DNA of 64,000 nt from Octopus bimaculoides (lineage: Eukaryota), in assembly GCF_001194135.2 (NCBI RefSeq), contig NC_068998.1:23487755-23551754 (forward strand). Direction: 5' to 3'. Within the stretch, counting starts at the first letter, position 1; every line of letters starts with the position of its first letter. The notes under the pieces were generated by a model. It was not told the origin of the DNA. It did no database searches and was given only the letters and a program-made list of their open reading frames with translations. The position numbers and the translations under genes were made by a program. Below, piece by piece: positions 39,480 through 52,020 of this stretch.

Positions 39480-40990
39480 GAAGCTGTTACGAGAAGGAGT
39501 AGGCTCTTCCGTCCAAACGGTGGATAAGTTTCTAACGTGATACAATTATTCAGTTCTTCACGATGTCTAACGCTGGTGATTCAAAGGTGCAAGTCTAGGT
39601 CGAAGATTGTGAAGTGCTCAGTGGAGTGAATGTAAGAGCTAAAATGACAGGTGACTGGGATATTTTTTTTTTGAGGTGGATATCTCGTAGACCTGTAAAT
39701 TTTTCGGCTAAGTGATGTCCAGAAGATGCATGTCATAGATGAAAATAGAGTGTTGACTGGTACCAGTGAGGGAAGTGGTATTGGAGATGCAACGACAGGT
39801 GTGGCAACAGAGTCAGGAGCAAGACAAGGATGAAGGATAAGTAGAAGTGGAAAAGGGTTACGCGTACGTTTCGACGAGGGATTTGTTGGTTGGGGAAATC
39901 AGGGAGCATGCTAGGATCGGACTGGAGATGAAGGAAATCCCGTATGATTTTTCCGAAGTATAAGTTGAGTGGATGGATGAAAAAGGAAGGAGAAGAGAAT
40001 AGGTTTGGCAGATAGGGATGAGGAAGACGAGGGGCCTGAGATACAATCACCTTCGTGAGTACTGATAAATATGGCTGGACAACAGTAAAATGATGTCCGT
40101 GACCAGTAAACAGACAGGAGAAGAATTGAGATTGTCTTGAAATTCTGAGACGAAGGAACTGGGAGTAGGGGATGACTTCTTTGGTGTGGGAAGAGGTGGG
40201 AGTCACGAGGTTTGAAGAAGGTAAAAGTGGTGAGAGATTGGACGAAGCTATCAAGAGGAAGAGAGATGTCAAGAAAGTTTCCGAAGCGTCAGAGATGATA
40301 GAAGTGAATTCGAGGAAAGGAGGAAAGGTAGCATCGAAAGCGGTGAAGTTATTGAGTTATTTACCGGAATGGGAGGAGGAACTAATACAGGTGTCTACCT
40401 ACTGACAGTACAGCTCTGGGGTCGATAGGTAGAAATAAGGGAATAGTTGTATCACGAAATAACCAGCATTCTCGTTCCCATGGTGATCCTATATAGCTGC
40501 TGGGTATCCTCGCCCGCGAACGTAAGTCAGTTAAGGTTGAGAATGAGTTCAGTAGGGTGGAGAAATGAGTTGTGATGGGTTTGAAGACGGTGCACTGGTT
40601 GAGCAAGTATTAGGGGTTGAAGAAGTACGGTGTATAGGGATATTATATCCTTGATGAAGAAGAGACGGGAAGAAACGGGAAGCTAAGTAAAGAAATTGAA
40701 TAGACCAAAGGCATGGTAGGTGTTGTGAATTTTGAACGAGAATTAAGCAATTAAGGGGTGAAGAGATAATTTCAAAATATTTTGAAATGTGTTTTGTGGG
40801 GCAGTAACAGGTGGAAATGATGGCGTGACCGGGGTTGTTTGATTTATGGAATTTGGAAGGAAATAAATGGTAAAGGTGCAGCGAGTTTCGAGTATGACGT
40901 TCGTGGCAAACGGGACGAGGGCAGAAGGCAAGACAAGGTCACAGATGGTAGAGGATAGACGCTGCTGAGTGTATAAGATCAGAAAGCAGA
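39480..40990 (-). mobile_element. Penelope-like element (RT + GIY-YIG region), degenerate
   Basis: Minus-strand YFLPKFHKSNNPG..IISTCYCPT (frameshifted), TLLNSFS, HTKEVIPYSQFLRLR, IIRDFLHLQSDP, PVTCHFSS. Confidence 0.85.
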
Positions 40991-41049
40991 CTGTGATAAA
41001 ATTTGGTGTTACGCAGATGTCGTAATGCTTTCTCCACGTAAATGATATA

Positions 41050-42085
41050 TATTAGGTTATCCCATAAATAATGCTTTATTTTCATTTGCATGAAATAAAA
41101 GTCGGAGGGAGACGGGATAAACTGCCTGCGTCAGCTTCCTATAAAAGCAGGTAGTAATTTTACGTTGCCCTTACTCTTAGTGCATGTTTTGAAGAGTGCA
41201 TTTCGATTTTAACGGTTATTTTTGCAAAGCTCTAACGGAAGTGAAAAAGGAGCATATTCTGCATATTTTGCTTTATAAGTGCAAGAAAGGCAAGAACACA
41301 ACGGAAAGTGCGCGGAATATTAATACAGTATATGGGAATCGGAAAATAAACGTAAGCTAGTGTTAATGGTGGTTCCAGAAATTCCGAGGACGAACCTCGT
41401 CCTGGAAGATCTCTAGAGCTCGACTAGGACGTCATGCAAACTCTGGTTGAACAAAATCCCATCGTAACTGTTTCAGAGCTAGCAGAGAAACTTAAATTTG
41501 TTGTCACGTCTCACGAATGAACCTTTGTTGAACCGAATAGTGACTGGTGATGAGAAATGGGTTCTCTATTAAAGTGTTAAGCGCCAAAGACATTGGGTAT
41601 GGAAAGGAAAAACACCGACACCCAAGGGTAAAGAAGATCTTCACTCACGTATGTTGTTGTTATCTGTTTGGTGGGATAAGAAAGGTTTAGTCCACTCTAT
41701 ACTTTTAAACTCAAACCAAACGATAATAAAGGAGATCTACTGCGAGCAAATTGAGCTGCTTAAGTCAGCGCTAGAAGAAAGTTACCCATCTTTGGTTTCA
41801 AGACGAAAGGAATTTTTCCCTCAGGATAATACTCGGGCACATACAGCGGGGATGATATTCCAAAAACTGGATCATTGCCAATCGGATTATCAATTATTCT
41901 GCAGTCTTCAAAATCATTTGGACGGAAAAAATATGAATTCTGTAGACGCGGTAAGAACTGTACTGGCGGAGTATTTATCGTAATGGACAAGTGAATTTTA
42001 GGAAAGGAGACTGGAGTCTTGCGTATAGATGGAAAAACATTTTAGAAAATGAAGGAGAATATATTTTAGATTAAAAAATAAGTTT
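41050..42085 (+). mobile_element. Mariner (DD34D-type) transposase pseudogene with internal deletions
   Basis: TA-TTAGGTTATCCCATAAATAATG TIR; EVKKEHILHILLY, IVTGDEKWVLY, LSVWWDKKG, QDNTRAHT, SDYQLFCSLQNHLDGK; right TIR not seen. Confidence 0.92.
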
Positions 42086-42349
42086 CTTTTCATCTTAGCG
42101 GTGAAAGAGGGGGGGACAAAAGGGAATTAGAGAAGGGTGAAAGAAGAAAACAGTACGGAGCAGAGTCTCATCAAAAAAGGTGAAGATAAACTTACTTGGA
42201 AAGGGATGTGTTAAATAAGAATAAGAAATANNNNNNNNNNNNNNNNNNNNNNNNNNNNNNNNNNNNNNNNNNNNNNNNNNNNNNNNNNNNNNNNNNNNNN
42301 NNNNNNNNNNNNNNNNNNNNNNNNNNNNNTATATATATATATATATATG

Positions 42350-42775
42350 CATGAAATACGTAAAGAGCCGGAGGAAAAAGGAAAATAGGACAAGTAAACA
42401 CAGAGAAAGGACCCTTCATCAGTTGTCGGCTGTCAATCTACTCCTCATTTCGAGCGTTCAACGTCAATATGAGTCATGAAAGACAGTTACTCCCATAAAT
42501 TTTTAAATAAAATTTAGGATTTATGGAGGGTCAAAATTGGGAATAAAAACAGCACTGTGGAAACATAGAAGGAATCCGAAAGAAAACAAACATGGAGGGT
42601 CGTTAGACCAGAACCAGACGAAAATAGTGAACGCTGGGAGAAATATTTTCGTTGAAAAGGAAACGATGGAAGACAAAGAAAAAATGTCCAATCTTTTGAA
42701 TGTCCGTGCTGGAAAAGAAAGATGGTCACGAGAGGAAAAAAGATGGACGATGGTCACGTATGAGGAAAGAGAGAG
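42350..42775 (-). mobile_element. Purine-skewed non-coding repeat, possibly PLE-terminal
   Basis: Organisation resembles the 18.1-18.9 kb repeats; carries ctgatgaaggg and gctcgaaa half-motifs on the minus strand. Confidence 0.4.
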
Positions 42776-42780
42776 AGAGT

Positions 42781-42811
<31 letters not shown>

Positions 42812-42869
42812 AAGGGGCAGAGAGAGAGGGAGAGAGAGACATATTTCCTCCATCTTACAATAATTCCCG

Positions 42870-43513
42870 TTTTCTCCGAATGTTGACGTCACACACCACA
42901 CTATAACGCCTGGTTAGTCCAGATGATGTTCCATAGGAAAATGTGGATTCTCACGGGCCCATTATCTGCAAGTATGTCGGTTGACTGAACCATGTAACTT
43001 GAAGGTGGCCTCATCTCTCCATTAGATTTTCTCTACCATTTGCAAAATTGTTGAGATACCATTTGTTGAGATACCATTCGCAAAAACTCTCCGATCAGGA
43101 TCATTTTCATTGAGGGATTGGATTAATGTTGGAACGTAACTTTTCCAATGAGTTCGTTTCAATTACCGATGAACACGTGATTTTGGGATTACTATCTCAC
43201 GACTCAATTGTCTTACGGATTTTTTGGGGGAACGGGAAAGCGTTTCCATTAATTGGTTTTGTCTATTGGGGCTGATGGATGTTCGTGGCCTTCCAGAGCG
43301 TTGCTTACTAATGTTCTGAACAGTTCTGTATGCTTCAAATTTATCTCTGATGCGAGCAATAGTGCGTCGTGTTGGTGGTGTCTTCTGAAACTATCTGTTA
43401 AATTGTCTTTGTACTCACGTGACATTTTCGTGCTTCCTGAAATAAGAAAAAAAACAATACATTAGTAATCGTCCGTCAAAGAGTGAGTACATGTTTTTGG
43501 GATGCTCTGTATA
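42870..43513 (-). mobile_element. rosa-like (DD41D-type) Tc1/mariner 5' half
   Basis: TA-CAGAGCATCCCAAAAACATG terminus; VQRQF..TPPTRRTIARIRDKFE, SGRPRTS, DEATFKLHGSVNRH..WARENPH. Confidence 0.8.
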
Positions 43514-43533
43514 TACACACACATATATATATG

Positions 43534-43579
<46 letters not shown>

Positions 43580-43786
43580 TACATATATATATATANNNNN
43601 NNNNNNNNNNNNNNNNNNNNNNNNNNNNNNNNNNNNNNNNNNNNNNNNNNNNNNNNNNNNNNNNNNNNNNNNNNNNNNNNNNNNNNNNNNNNNNNNNNNN
43701 NNNNNNNNNNNNNNNNNNNNNNNNNNNNNNNNNNNNNNNNNNNNNNNNNNNNNNNNNNNNNNNNNNNNNNNNNNNNNNNNNNNNNN

Positions 43787-43848
<62 letters not shown>

Positions 43849-44235
43849 AATTTTTTCCAAAGGGTAAACAAACAATAAGGCAAGATATCTCAAGCCATAT
43901 ATGCTATTATTATTAAAAATTATTAAGCAAATGTTAGTCTTACAGCTGTTTCAAGTATATCTCAAAAACATGTGGAATATCTCATCACCGGAGACAGGTG
44001 GTGAGAAAATTAGAGGGTATAGAGTACGGAAACTATGGAGAGATGTTGGGAAATGAGTTAAAGGAAAAATATATAAAACTTCACAGTTTATGTTTCCGAT
44101 AGTACATGTGCTAATACGTGAGTCTTTATATAATCTATCTCGGTTACAAGCCTGGAATCCTGGTAATCCGTTACACTACTTACCCAGCATACTATCCGTT
44201 TGGATCACCCGTGAACTAAGCCCCTATATTTTGTT

Positions 44236-44280
<45 letters not shown>

Positions 44281-45802
44281 GCATTGTTGTATTTCAGAGT
44301 GGTAAGCTTTGTTTTTTTGCTTAATAAACACACGCACTATATATATTTGCGCTGCACTCATTTATTAATGTTTCTATTTTAACTCATGTTCATTGTCTAG
44401 AAATCTTTCGTCACACACCTGTGACCTCATAAGCGACAATTTTCGTTTTCGTGTGTGCTCTTGCTCCACTAACTCCATGCTAGAATGCACTTATAATTAT
44501 TGAATGAGTTCAATATATCTGTATTTCGTTACTATGAAATGTGGTTTCTGATTACAACATCGTTCTTAACTTAGCGAAGTATGTTACAAACGTATACTAT
44601 TTTAGCTTCTTGATTCATTTTCCTAAAAACTGGTGTTCCACTTCTTGTCTCGGGTAGCAACTTTTGACTGTCTCTAGACGTGCTATTTGGCTTTCAATTT
44701 TAATTATATCCTAGTATAATTGGACTTAATCAGGAATTACGATATAGTATATAATATACATTTCTACTATTGTTTGCCTTGCTCCAGTCGAAATTCAAAC
44801 AAATTCTACTGTAATATTTATATTCTGATTTCAATAAATAAATTACCAGTCAAATACTAATTTCGTTACTCTTTCTCTGTTTTAGATCGGTTAATATTCC
44901 ATTTCTTCACCCGGCGATGTGTTGCAGTTATGCATGGCCGATACATCCATGGGATTAGTAGACATATAGACATTTGCCTGAATGTGCAAGATGGCGCTGA
45001 TGAACATCTGCATGGTAATATACATTGTTTTTCCTATAGTATACTTATGATTAGCAGAAACAAAGACTTGCATATGTAAAATGCTTAACATATCATCAAC
45101 GAAATATTACGTTGTACTTGAACTTGAAGTACCACTTCATGATGTACGTAAATTTTAAAAATATATGCTTTGAATTGGCACACACAGGCACATACCTACA
45201 CACAGACCCACATATACATTCATATACACTCATAGTTTGAATCTTAAGTATGATTGTATCCATAACAATCCTGGAATATTCGTATAATCTGCTACGTACA
45301 TGTTCAACGCTAATTTCGTCACTAATAAATAATTGGATTCTTTGAATAACATACTCGAGTTTCACGCTTTCATATATATATAATAGCACTCACTATCCAC
45401 TTGTTAGGGTTTAGTGCATCTATAGCAGATATTTATGGCACTAGCAATATTCCGCTGATACATGTGAACACAATATATAAGAGTGAATACGAACATGCAA
45501 GTTTGGGTTTGTGATTGTATGTCTGAAGACTGATAAATGTTAGTGCGCTGCGTTCATAAGTGACGACAGGTTTGAAATGTTTTATATATAAAAGTTGAAA
45601 TGACATTTGATTGTTACATGTCAAATATAATTACAGGATGTTTACATATTTTGTTATTACAAGAATTAAAATTATTATATTCATATTTCTATGTTCCCAT
45701 CACTTGTATAACTCTAATTCATCGAACAACTAACATATCGAGCCTACCAACAACAAATAGACTAATATCACTACATGTTTTTTACTTGCTATGAATATTC
45801 GT

Positions 45803-46010
45803 TTCTTCTCTAGGCACAAATCTTGAAGTTTTGGGGAGGGCGCCAGTCGATCACATCCACCCCAGTGTTTCACTGGTATTTAATTTATCAACCCGAAAAG
45901 GATGAAAGGCAAAGTCGAACTTGGTGGAACTTGAACTCAGAATGAGAGGGTTGACGAAATGCCGCAAAGCATTTTTCCGAGGCGCTAACGATTCTGTCAG
46001 TTCACCGCCT
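45803..46010 (-). mobile_element. SINE family 1
   Basis: Full core aaggatgaaaggcaaagtcga and head ending caccgcct. Confidence 0.88.
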
Positions 46011-46625
46011 CACTTGCCATGATAAATGCTGAGTGAACATTTTACAATGCAAACGAAAATTCATGCGTTGACAGATCGAAACGCCTCAGCTGATGGAAAC
46101 GTTGCTTATTTTGCTTTGCCCTTTATAGTGCGTCGTAACTGTTGAGTGGCTTATCTGATGTTATCGAGTATTTATGGTACAAGGCATTTTTGGTTTGCTA
46201 TGTATTTGCATTGAAAGTATCGGCTGTAAGATGAAAGCTTTATCTGCTACAGCCCAGCTTTTACGTAAACTGTAAATTGTGTAACCTTGCAATGAAGGGT
46301 TGAAGAATGTATGTTTTGTTTCTATCTTATTCCAGACATTACTTAGAATTAGAGCAGGTTGCTGCCGGCATTGACGGCTCTCGTTTCATTGCATACATTT
46401 ATCGTTTACAACGATTGTGCTTGTAATATATGATGCTTGTCTGCTGTGCATTAATCGCAAATATTTTTACGCAAGGCATAAGTAACAAGAGTGAAATGAT
46501 GCATCTTTTTATTGAATAAAAAGAGTGAAAGGAACACATTGGCTTTGTTAATGAAATTCAAAATAAATATCCTACGTTAAAGTGTAAAATATGCCTACTA
46601 CTTACATGCAACATTAATTGACTTT

Positions 46626-46842
46626 AAGGCAGCGAGCTGGTAGGATTGTTAGCACGCAGGGGAAAATGCTTAGCGGCATTCCGTCCGTCTACAAGTTCTG
46701 AGTTCAAATTCCGCCGAAGACGGTTTTGCCTGACGTCCTTTCGTAGTCGATAAAATAAATACCAGCTAAACACTGAGGTCACTGTAATCGACTTACTCAT
46801 CCTCAAAAACTACTGGCCTTGTGCCAAAATTTGAAAACCAAT
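46626..46842 (+). mobile_element. SINE family 1
   Basis: ggcagcgagctggtaggattgttagca (A box), gagttcaaattcc (B box, 46700-46712), core cctttcgtagtcgataaaataaataccag. Confidence 0.9.
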
Positions 46843-47089
46843 ATTAATTAATCTTTGTCGATATTTCATTAAATTTACACTCTGTACAAAAACATAAAAA
46901 TAATTGTAGGAATGTGAGAAATGAACAAAATACTTTAAACACTTAGATGAATAATGGAACAGAACGGATATCATTAGATCTTGCATTTTTACCGCCAGTT
47001 TAGAGATTTTTAGATGCAACTTTCAGAATTTTCTTACAGAAATAATGAATTTTATCAATGCAGTGTATCGATGCTGGTAATCCAAGAAA

Positions 47090-47560
47090 TTGCTGAACGT
47101 TTCTGCCTTGAGCACGAGGTGAAAATATTCGTGAGAGTGAAGGGATGTAAAGAACCTGACATATTACTTGTTGGGAAAATATTGATAGGTGAACCTAAAA
47201 TAAAGTTTTGTTAATTCTACTATATTAGGAAACATACACAACCGACTATTCATTATCAAAATAGAAAATCATGGATGTCTAAACGAATATTTGAAGAAAG
47301 GTTTTATTGACAAGGAAAAGAATATTTCACTAAAAGGAAACGCTTTGTAATTTTCTTCATTTTAGATAATGGTCAAATTTATTCACATCATGTCGATGGT
47401 AAATTATTGTGTACCTGTTTTGAAACACAATAACAATAATCAAGCCATTGGGCAAAATGATTTAAAAGCACAACAAAAGCAAATAATCTTTGGGAAATTT
47501 AATATTGCACAGATCGTGTCACTTCACTGCTTCATTTATGGAACGAATACATTATTTTAA
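47090..47560 (+). mobile_element. pogo/Tigger (DDE_1) transposase remnant
   Basis: YQNRKSWMSKRIFEERF, FILDNG, NTITIIKPLG echo the NxKAWMT, LILDN and NTTxxIQPLDQG motifs. Confidence 0.65.
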
Positions 47561-49754
47561 AAGTCATTGCAAAAAATGTCAAACCCAGCGACGAAATGAC
47601 ATAAAAATGCATTAACATTATAAGAGGAAGTAATTTCGAAAACATTATTAACGGTTTCAGTATCTTACATTTAAATCGTTTTGCTAGTGACTCTTGTTGA
47701 AAATTGTAGTATTTTTGAAACAGTTTCACCTTCAAATTAATGGAGATAACTTGGAACAGTTGATGCGGCTATTGAAGCTATGTTCTGCTAAATATGAAAA
47801 GAAGGAACATTCGAACCGCTCCTTACTGAATATTATTTTGAGACCCGTTCACACTATTTCTTCTGGGATATCCTTATTTATTGCTCCGACTGTCTTTAGG
47901 TTTTACTTACTTTACTGGTTCTATTCGCCAAGTCTCCTCCACATTTTCTTCATCCAGCTAAAGAATTTCTAAATTTCCATCACATCCAAGTTCTCTTTAT
48001 ACTTATCCAGCTAAGAATAAGACATGATTCACGTTATATTGTCGATGTTTTCATATCTTTCTCTAATAACTACAGATTCACTTTGATATAATTGTAGCGT
48101 GCATGTTATCAGTGCCTTCACGCGTATATGAATCATACTTCATAAATTATGTTACCATCAATACAAAGAGATCCATCACTTTCGTTCTACTTTCCCCAAA
48201 ACCATCATTACCATTTTCATTAGCAATCGTCATTGACGCCGGCAAATATAAAGCTGGTGCATCTGCACTAGTAAATGGTCAATCGACTCTTCTGGAGTAA
48301 CGGTATTTGTAGTCGCTTCCTCCTAATTGTCATCGATAATACAAAATGAAAACATTTCAAAAGACACACACGCTTTCTCAGCCTTGTTGCAAACCATGAA
48401 AGAAATCTAAAATACTGCCTAGAGTTTGAGGTTTTACAATTAATGCAAGATGCTGATTAAATTGTTATCACCATTGTATGCCACATGACTAATCCTTGTA
48501 AAATATCTGTTATTTGTTTTATCAACAGTTGAATAGGAATCCTTCTAACATTTTAAATGGCCGTGAAAGATATTTGGTTAGAATTTCTAACTATAGAAAT
48601 TTAACAATACAAATACACAAATAATATTTTATTTTAAGGTATTTATCTGGAATTCTTAATCTATTGAACACAAAATATCACCATATATCTTATCGCTTGA
48701 AAGCTTAACAAACTAGTTCATATGAATTTGTAACGTATTATATTCCAAATTCTAAATATTCTCCCAGCCCAGCTAGTTATGTATCTGTCTGCCTGCCTTT
48801 TTCTCTCTAGCAATAAAGATTTATGTATATGTATGTGTGTAAATATATGTGTGTGTATATATATATATATGTGTGTGTTTTTGTGTATATAGTTATGCGG
48901 GTATGTATATATATATATATATATATGCGAGTGTGTGAGTGCGTGTCTGTACGTGCGTGCGAGTGTGTATATGAATGGGTGTATGTGTGTGCTTGTGTGT
49001 TTCCATAAAAACTTGTTGGTTATCTGATGTTGTATTGAATTTGACAGCAGCCACTCACTGTCTCCCAATGAGAACATTTCTAACTGACATTTACGTGCCA
49101 TCAGCAAAGTCCATTCTCATCCAATTACACTGGTTAGACATTTTTTCCAGGAAAATTTTTGTGTAGCAGCATTTTACAAAACACTTGATTTTGTCCTTCC
49201 AGTTCTGGACAAGAAGCTAATGTATAGGAAGATATTAACCTAATAAACATGATGCAAATTTTGTTCGTATGTTTATAGCTTCGATGTCAAATTAGGCTTT
49301 GCAACAAATGTTGTTGCTATTTGAGTTAGGAATTGAAGTAATTCTTTAATTGTTCCGCTCGAACTCATTAAGTGACAAGTATTTTTCATTTGGAAGAATG
49401 GAAGACTACTTATATTCATACGAACCAGTACAATTTATGCCATGAATCATGTCTATAAATGTATAGTTCAGAAGGCGAAGGTTATAATTTCTAGAGTAAC
49501 AAAACAGACGAGATTACGAAATATTGATATGTAATTTCATCAATATAATTCGAATCGTGCTGGAGCATTAAAACAAAAGAAAGTTCATTTACGCGTGCTT
49601 CGAACGCGGCTCAAAGAGAATAATTACATTCTAAGATAGGTGTAATTTTCAAATAGATGTTCTCGCAATGTTCACAGACTTCTGTGTGTGGGCACACAAC
49701 CCATTCTTATTTCTCTATCACACACACACCCGCGCGTTTGTAAGTTTTAGGACT

Positions 49755-49892
49755 AATGGGTATTCATCAATGTATGTGTTGATGTCTTGAGTACAGTAGG
49801 GCATGGTTTGGGCTACATGGTGTCATCCGCAGTTGGGGTATATTTCCGTTCGATCAACTTCGGAAATTCTGCAGTGTTAGTTGAGCTAATAA
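49755..49892 (-). repeat. Unclassified dispersed repeat; inverted partner at 53211-53349
   Basis: ctcaactaacac..gaattt/cc.gaagt.gatc.aacg.aaatataccccaac...ggatgacacca.gtagc shared. Confidence 0.75.
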
Positions 49893-51089
49893 TCGATTAA
49901 CCACACAGAAGATGAATTTGGTATCAGTCTTTATTCCGCACAACCACCATTTTCGACCCACCCTGCACCTGTGTTTTATGTGTGGGATGAAGTGCATCAT
50001 ACTATGTTGCATCAATTTTGCAGTCTGGATCACATCAGTTACATGCATACATAAAGTTCTTTCCCGCTAATAGTATTGACTTCACGCAGTCATCTTGGTA
50101 TTTGCCCGCTTCATTAAGGAATGCGGTTTTGCTACGATTATCCTTATGCTAAACATACATAAAAAATAATTGTAAAAAATTCTAAATATAAGCATATAAA
50201 CTGTAGAAAAGAAAAGAAGATATAAAAAGAACGTATGTGGTAAGAAATATAGATAGATAAAACCCGTTAATAAAGTATTAGATATAGATAGGACGAGGCC
50301 TGTTAAGGAGGGATTCCGTGGATGAATTATTTTCTATATTATTGACCAACGATAGAATTATAAATAGATTTGTAGAGTGACTGCCCAGACGCATGTACGC
50401 AAATAAGCACACTTTCACAAGGTATGATAGAAACCACACCTAACCAATACAAACAAAACAAAAAAGCATATGACTGGCAATTTCAATTCAACATCCTACT
50501 CCAAGAGACAACCTTATGAACAAGAACTCACGGAAATAATCCCAAGGAGGAACCGGATGGGAATTCTACAACATATACAAGTGAAACTTAGGCAACATAC
50601 TCTAGATATAAATACTGAATATAATTCATTGACATTATTGTTGAACACAATATGGCCAACTGGAGGAACTATCCACGTTTTATTTATATTATAAAGAACT
50701 TGTTTGTGAAGTATCTCCAGCCTTGTTATATATGTGTGAATATGTTTATATATACATATGTTTATATACGGCTATATGTTTGTATATATATATATATCCA
50801 TATATGTTCATATATATGCAGTAATTTTCTTTGTTTATTGTCTAGGCACGACTCAGATATGCTCAGATAAAAGGTATGAAAAAATGTTAAGGAGAATTTC
50901 AGATAGGTTCAAAATTTCATTTATACATATATTCCACCATTGATCAATGCATATCAACCTTTAAAATATACCAATGTATCAGTCATTAAAATATTCAACA
51001 CATATTAACAATTCATGAAAACACAAATATATAAAAATCTAATATATATATATAAATAGATGAGTGTAAAGAGGTTACAAGGGCGTTGT

Positions 51090-51790
51090 AAAGATTATTA
51101 AGAATATTAGTATGCCGGTACAAAAAGGTGAACCATGTAAAGTCTTTCGAATAGCAAATAAAAAAAAATATCGTAGCGTTGAGGTTGGAATATTTCAAAA
51201 AACATGTAAATAATCCGAGAGAATAAGTTAATGTTAAGATGAAATGTTGATGGTAATCCTCTTACAGCAGTTTCAGGAGTACAACAATCTATAGATATTA
51301 AGAGTGTTCTCATTCCCAAAATTGGATATTGTTTCCTTCATCAGAGAGTGTCTTATTCAAGATTTCAAATTTTGTGTACCTCGTACTGGGTAGAATGAGA
51401 TTTAGTTATATAGGGAGGAGCAGTTGTTAACAGGAGGAGGAAATGTTGTTACAGGAATTATGGGAAATGCGATTTAGTGAATGTTATAAATGTTAGGGGG
51501 ATAATAATTGGTTAATTATGAAGTTACAGGATAGCAGGAGTATTGGGGTTAATCGAAATATAGATAATTAAAAATTAAATGGTTAATTTATTTCGGTTTA
51601 CCAAAATATTTAAATGTTCAATGATATCTATGGTTACAAGGAAATATAGCATCCGAGAACTTATTATACAATGATGTAGGCCCATATCGGCGAAGAATAT
51701 TCATGGTCTCTCTCTAATTAACAACTTACATATGCGCCTAATTGTATTATATGTGTTGCTTCTGCCATTACTGACCAAGATACGTATTGT
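51090..51790 (-). mobile_element. Probable PLE 3' end (endonuclease C-terminus plus UTR)
   Basis: Weak CKLLIRETMNILRRYGPTSLYNK remnant followed by a hammerhead fold. Confidence 0.5.
51259..51348 (-). ncRNA. Type I hammerhead ribozyme, intact core
   Basis: CUCU-CUGAUGA-AGGA(aacaau..auuguu)..UCCU-GAAA-C-UGCU-G-UA-AGAG; predicted cleavage between 51263 and 51262. Confidence 0.65.
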
Positions 51791-51840
51791 ATATTTTTTT
51801 AATACTCATTATTTTGGTCAGTAAAGTGTCCATGCGTCTT

Positions 51841-51869
<29 letters not shown>

Positions 51870-51871
<2 letters not shown>

Positions 51872-52020
51872 GGAGAACTCACGAAGAAGCAGCAGACGAA
51901 GACAGGTGGTGTAAACAACACATGGATGTATTAGTATAACGCTCGGGAATAGAGAAAGTCTTTAACGTTTCGAGCCTACGCTCTTCAACAGAAAGGAACA
52001 CAGAAAGAAACAACGAAATA
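51870..52020 (-). mobile_element. PLE-terminal type repeat carrying a minimal hammerhead
   Basis: Shares sequence with 18108-18190; contains aacgtttcgagcctacgctcttcaacag. Confidence 0.6.
51960..51995 (-). ncRNA. Minimal type I hammerhead fold with variant core (CUGUUGA)
   Basis: CUUU-CUGUUGA-A-GAGC(GUAG)GCUC-GAAA-CG-UU-AAAG; palindromic ACGU stem III. Confidence 0.5.

Noticed and set aside
42400-42480. GCUCGAAA and CUGAUGAAGGG half-motifs on the minus strand (possible permuted hammerhead)
   Set aside because: Stem III and the UH site cannot be paired consistently.
46626-46715. tRNA gene
   Set aside because: A/B boxes continue into a SINE body repeated about ten times in the window; no cloverleaf 3' half.
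48237-48300. AIVIDAGKYKAG resembling the actin/Arp phosphate-1 motif
   Set aside because: Too short, hits a stop within 25 codons, no other actin motifs nearby.
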